Source of the DNA: Botryllus schlosseri
Taxonomy: Eukaryota
Direction: 5' to 3'
NCBI GenBank assembly: GCA_051294905.1
Contig: CM119371.1
Location: 20,958,001 to 21,022,000, forward strand
Length of the DNA stretch: 64,000 nucleotides
Below the pieces are notes generated by a model that saw nothing but the letters and a program-made list of their open reading frames with translations, was not told the DNA's origin and searched no databases. Below, one piece after another: positions 63,691-64,000 of the stretch. Each line of letters opens with the position of its first letter. The stretch's first letter is position 1. Both the position numbers and the translations under genes were made by a program.

Positions 63691-64000
63691 CAGTGGTTTC
63701 CAACCTTTTTTCTCTCGTGCCCCCTTTGGCCGATATTTGAGCTAGAATTCCCCCCTATGAAAAAGTTGCCTGTTACTAAAAAAAATGTGCTTTTTAACAC
63801 GTAACTATTTGTTGACTGAGCAATTATTGGCCAAACATATTCAGATATGTCCGAATTATGGCGAATGTGGACCGCACTAAACTTTGATAAAGTACAGTCA
63901 AATTTGACCTGTTTTTACCGGTCGGGTAGCCGCTGACCAAAAATAAATCACCAAGTCCGCTTGCTATGGACTTGAGTTGTTTCGATGAATTTGGTACGGT
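63691..64000. mobile_element. hAT family A copy 4, cut by the window end
   Basis: Starts CAGTGGTTTCCAACC; closely similar to 6156-6454. Confidence 0.88.

Overview
AT-rich, intron-rich, transposon-saturated eukaryotic DNA, probably from an invertebrate animal (taxon not determinable here). No prokaryotic features, and almost all ORFs in the supplied track are spurious or partial. Reading splice sites by hand gives a + strand gene that extends past both window edges. It has 14 open phase-0 exons (8235-63341, 1962 nt, 654 aa). They alternate short (63-72 nt, last 108 nt) and long (177-234 nt) and encode about 7 tandem ~90-aa helical modules that resemble the atlastin/GBP three-helix bundle. Between the 13th and 14th exons lies a chain of splice-site-bounded, stop-containing exons (50253-~57894) that aligns in order with an atlastin GTPase domain. 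This domain also lacks the catalytic motifs and is partly duplicated. A possible second decayed G-domain exon lies at ~4340-4551. My interpretation is an atlastin-derived gene that kept and multiplied its helical stalk while its GTPase exons decayed. The introns hold a degenerate R4/Dong-type non-LTR retrotransposon, two Chapaev3-like remnants, a piggyBac with an ATAT target duplication, a tRNA-derived SINE family and many, often nested, non-autonomous hAT elements. All family assignments come from motifs recalled from memory, not from searches.
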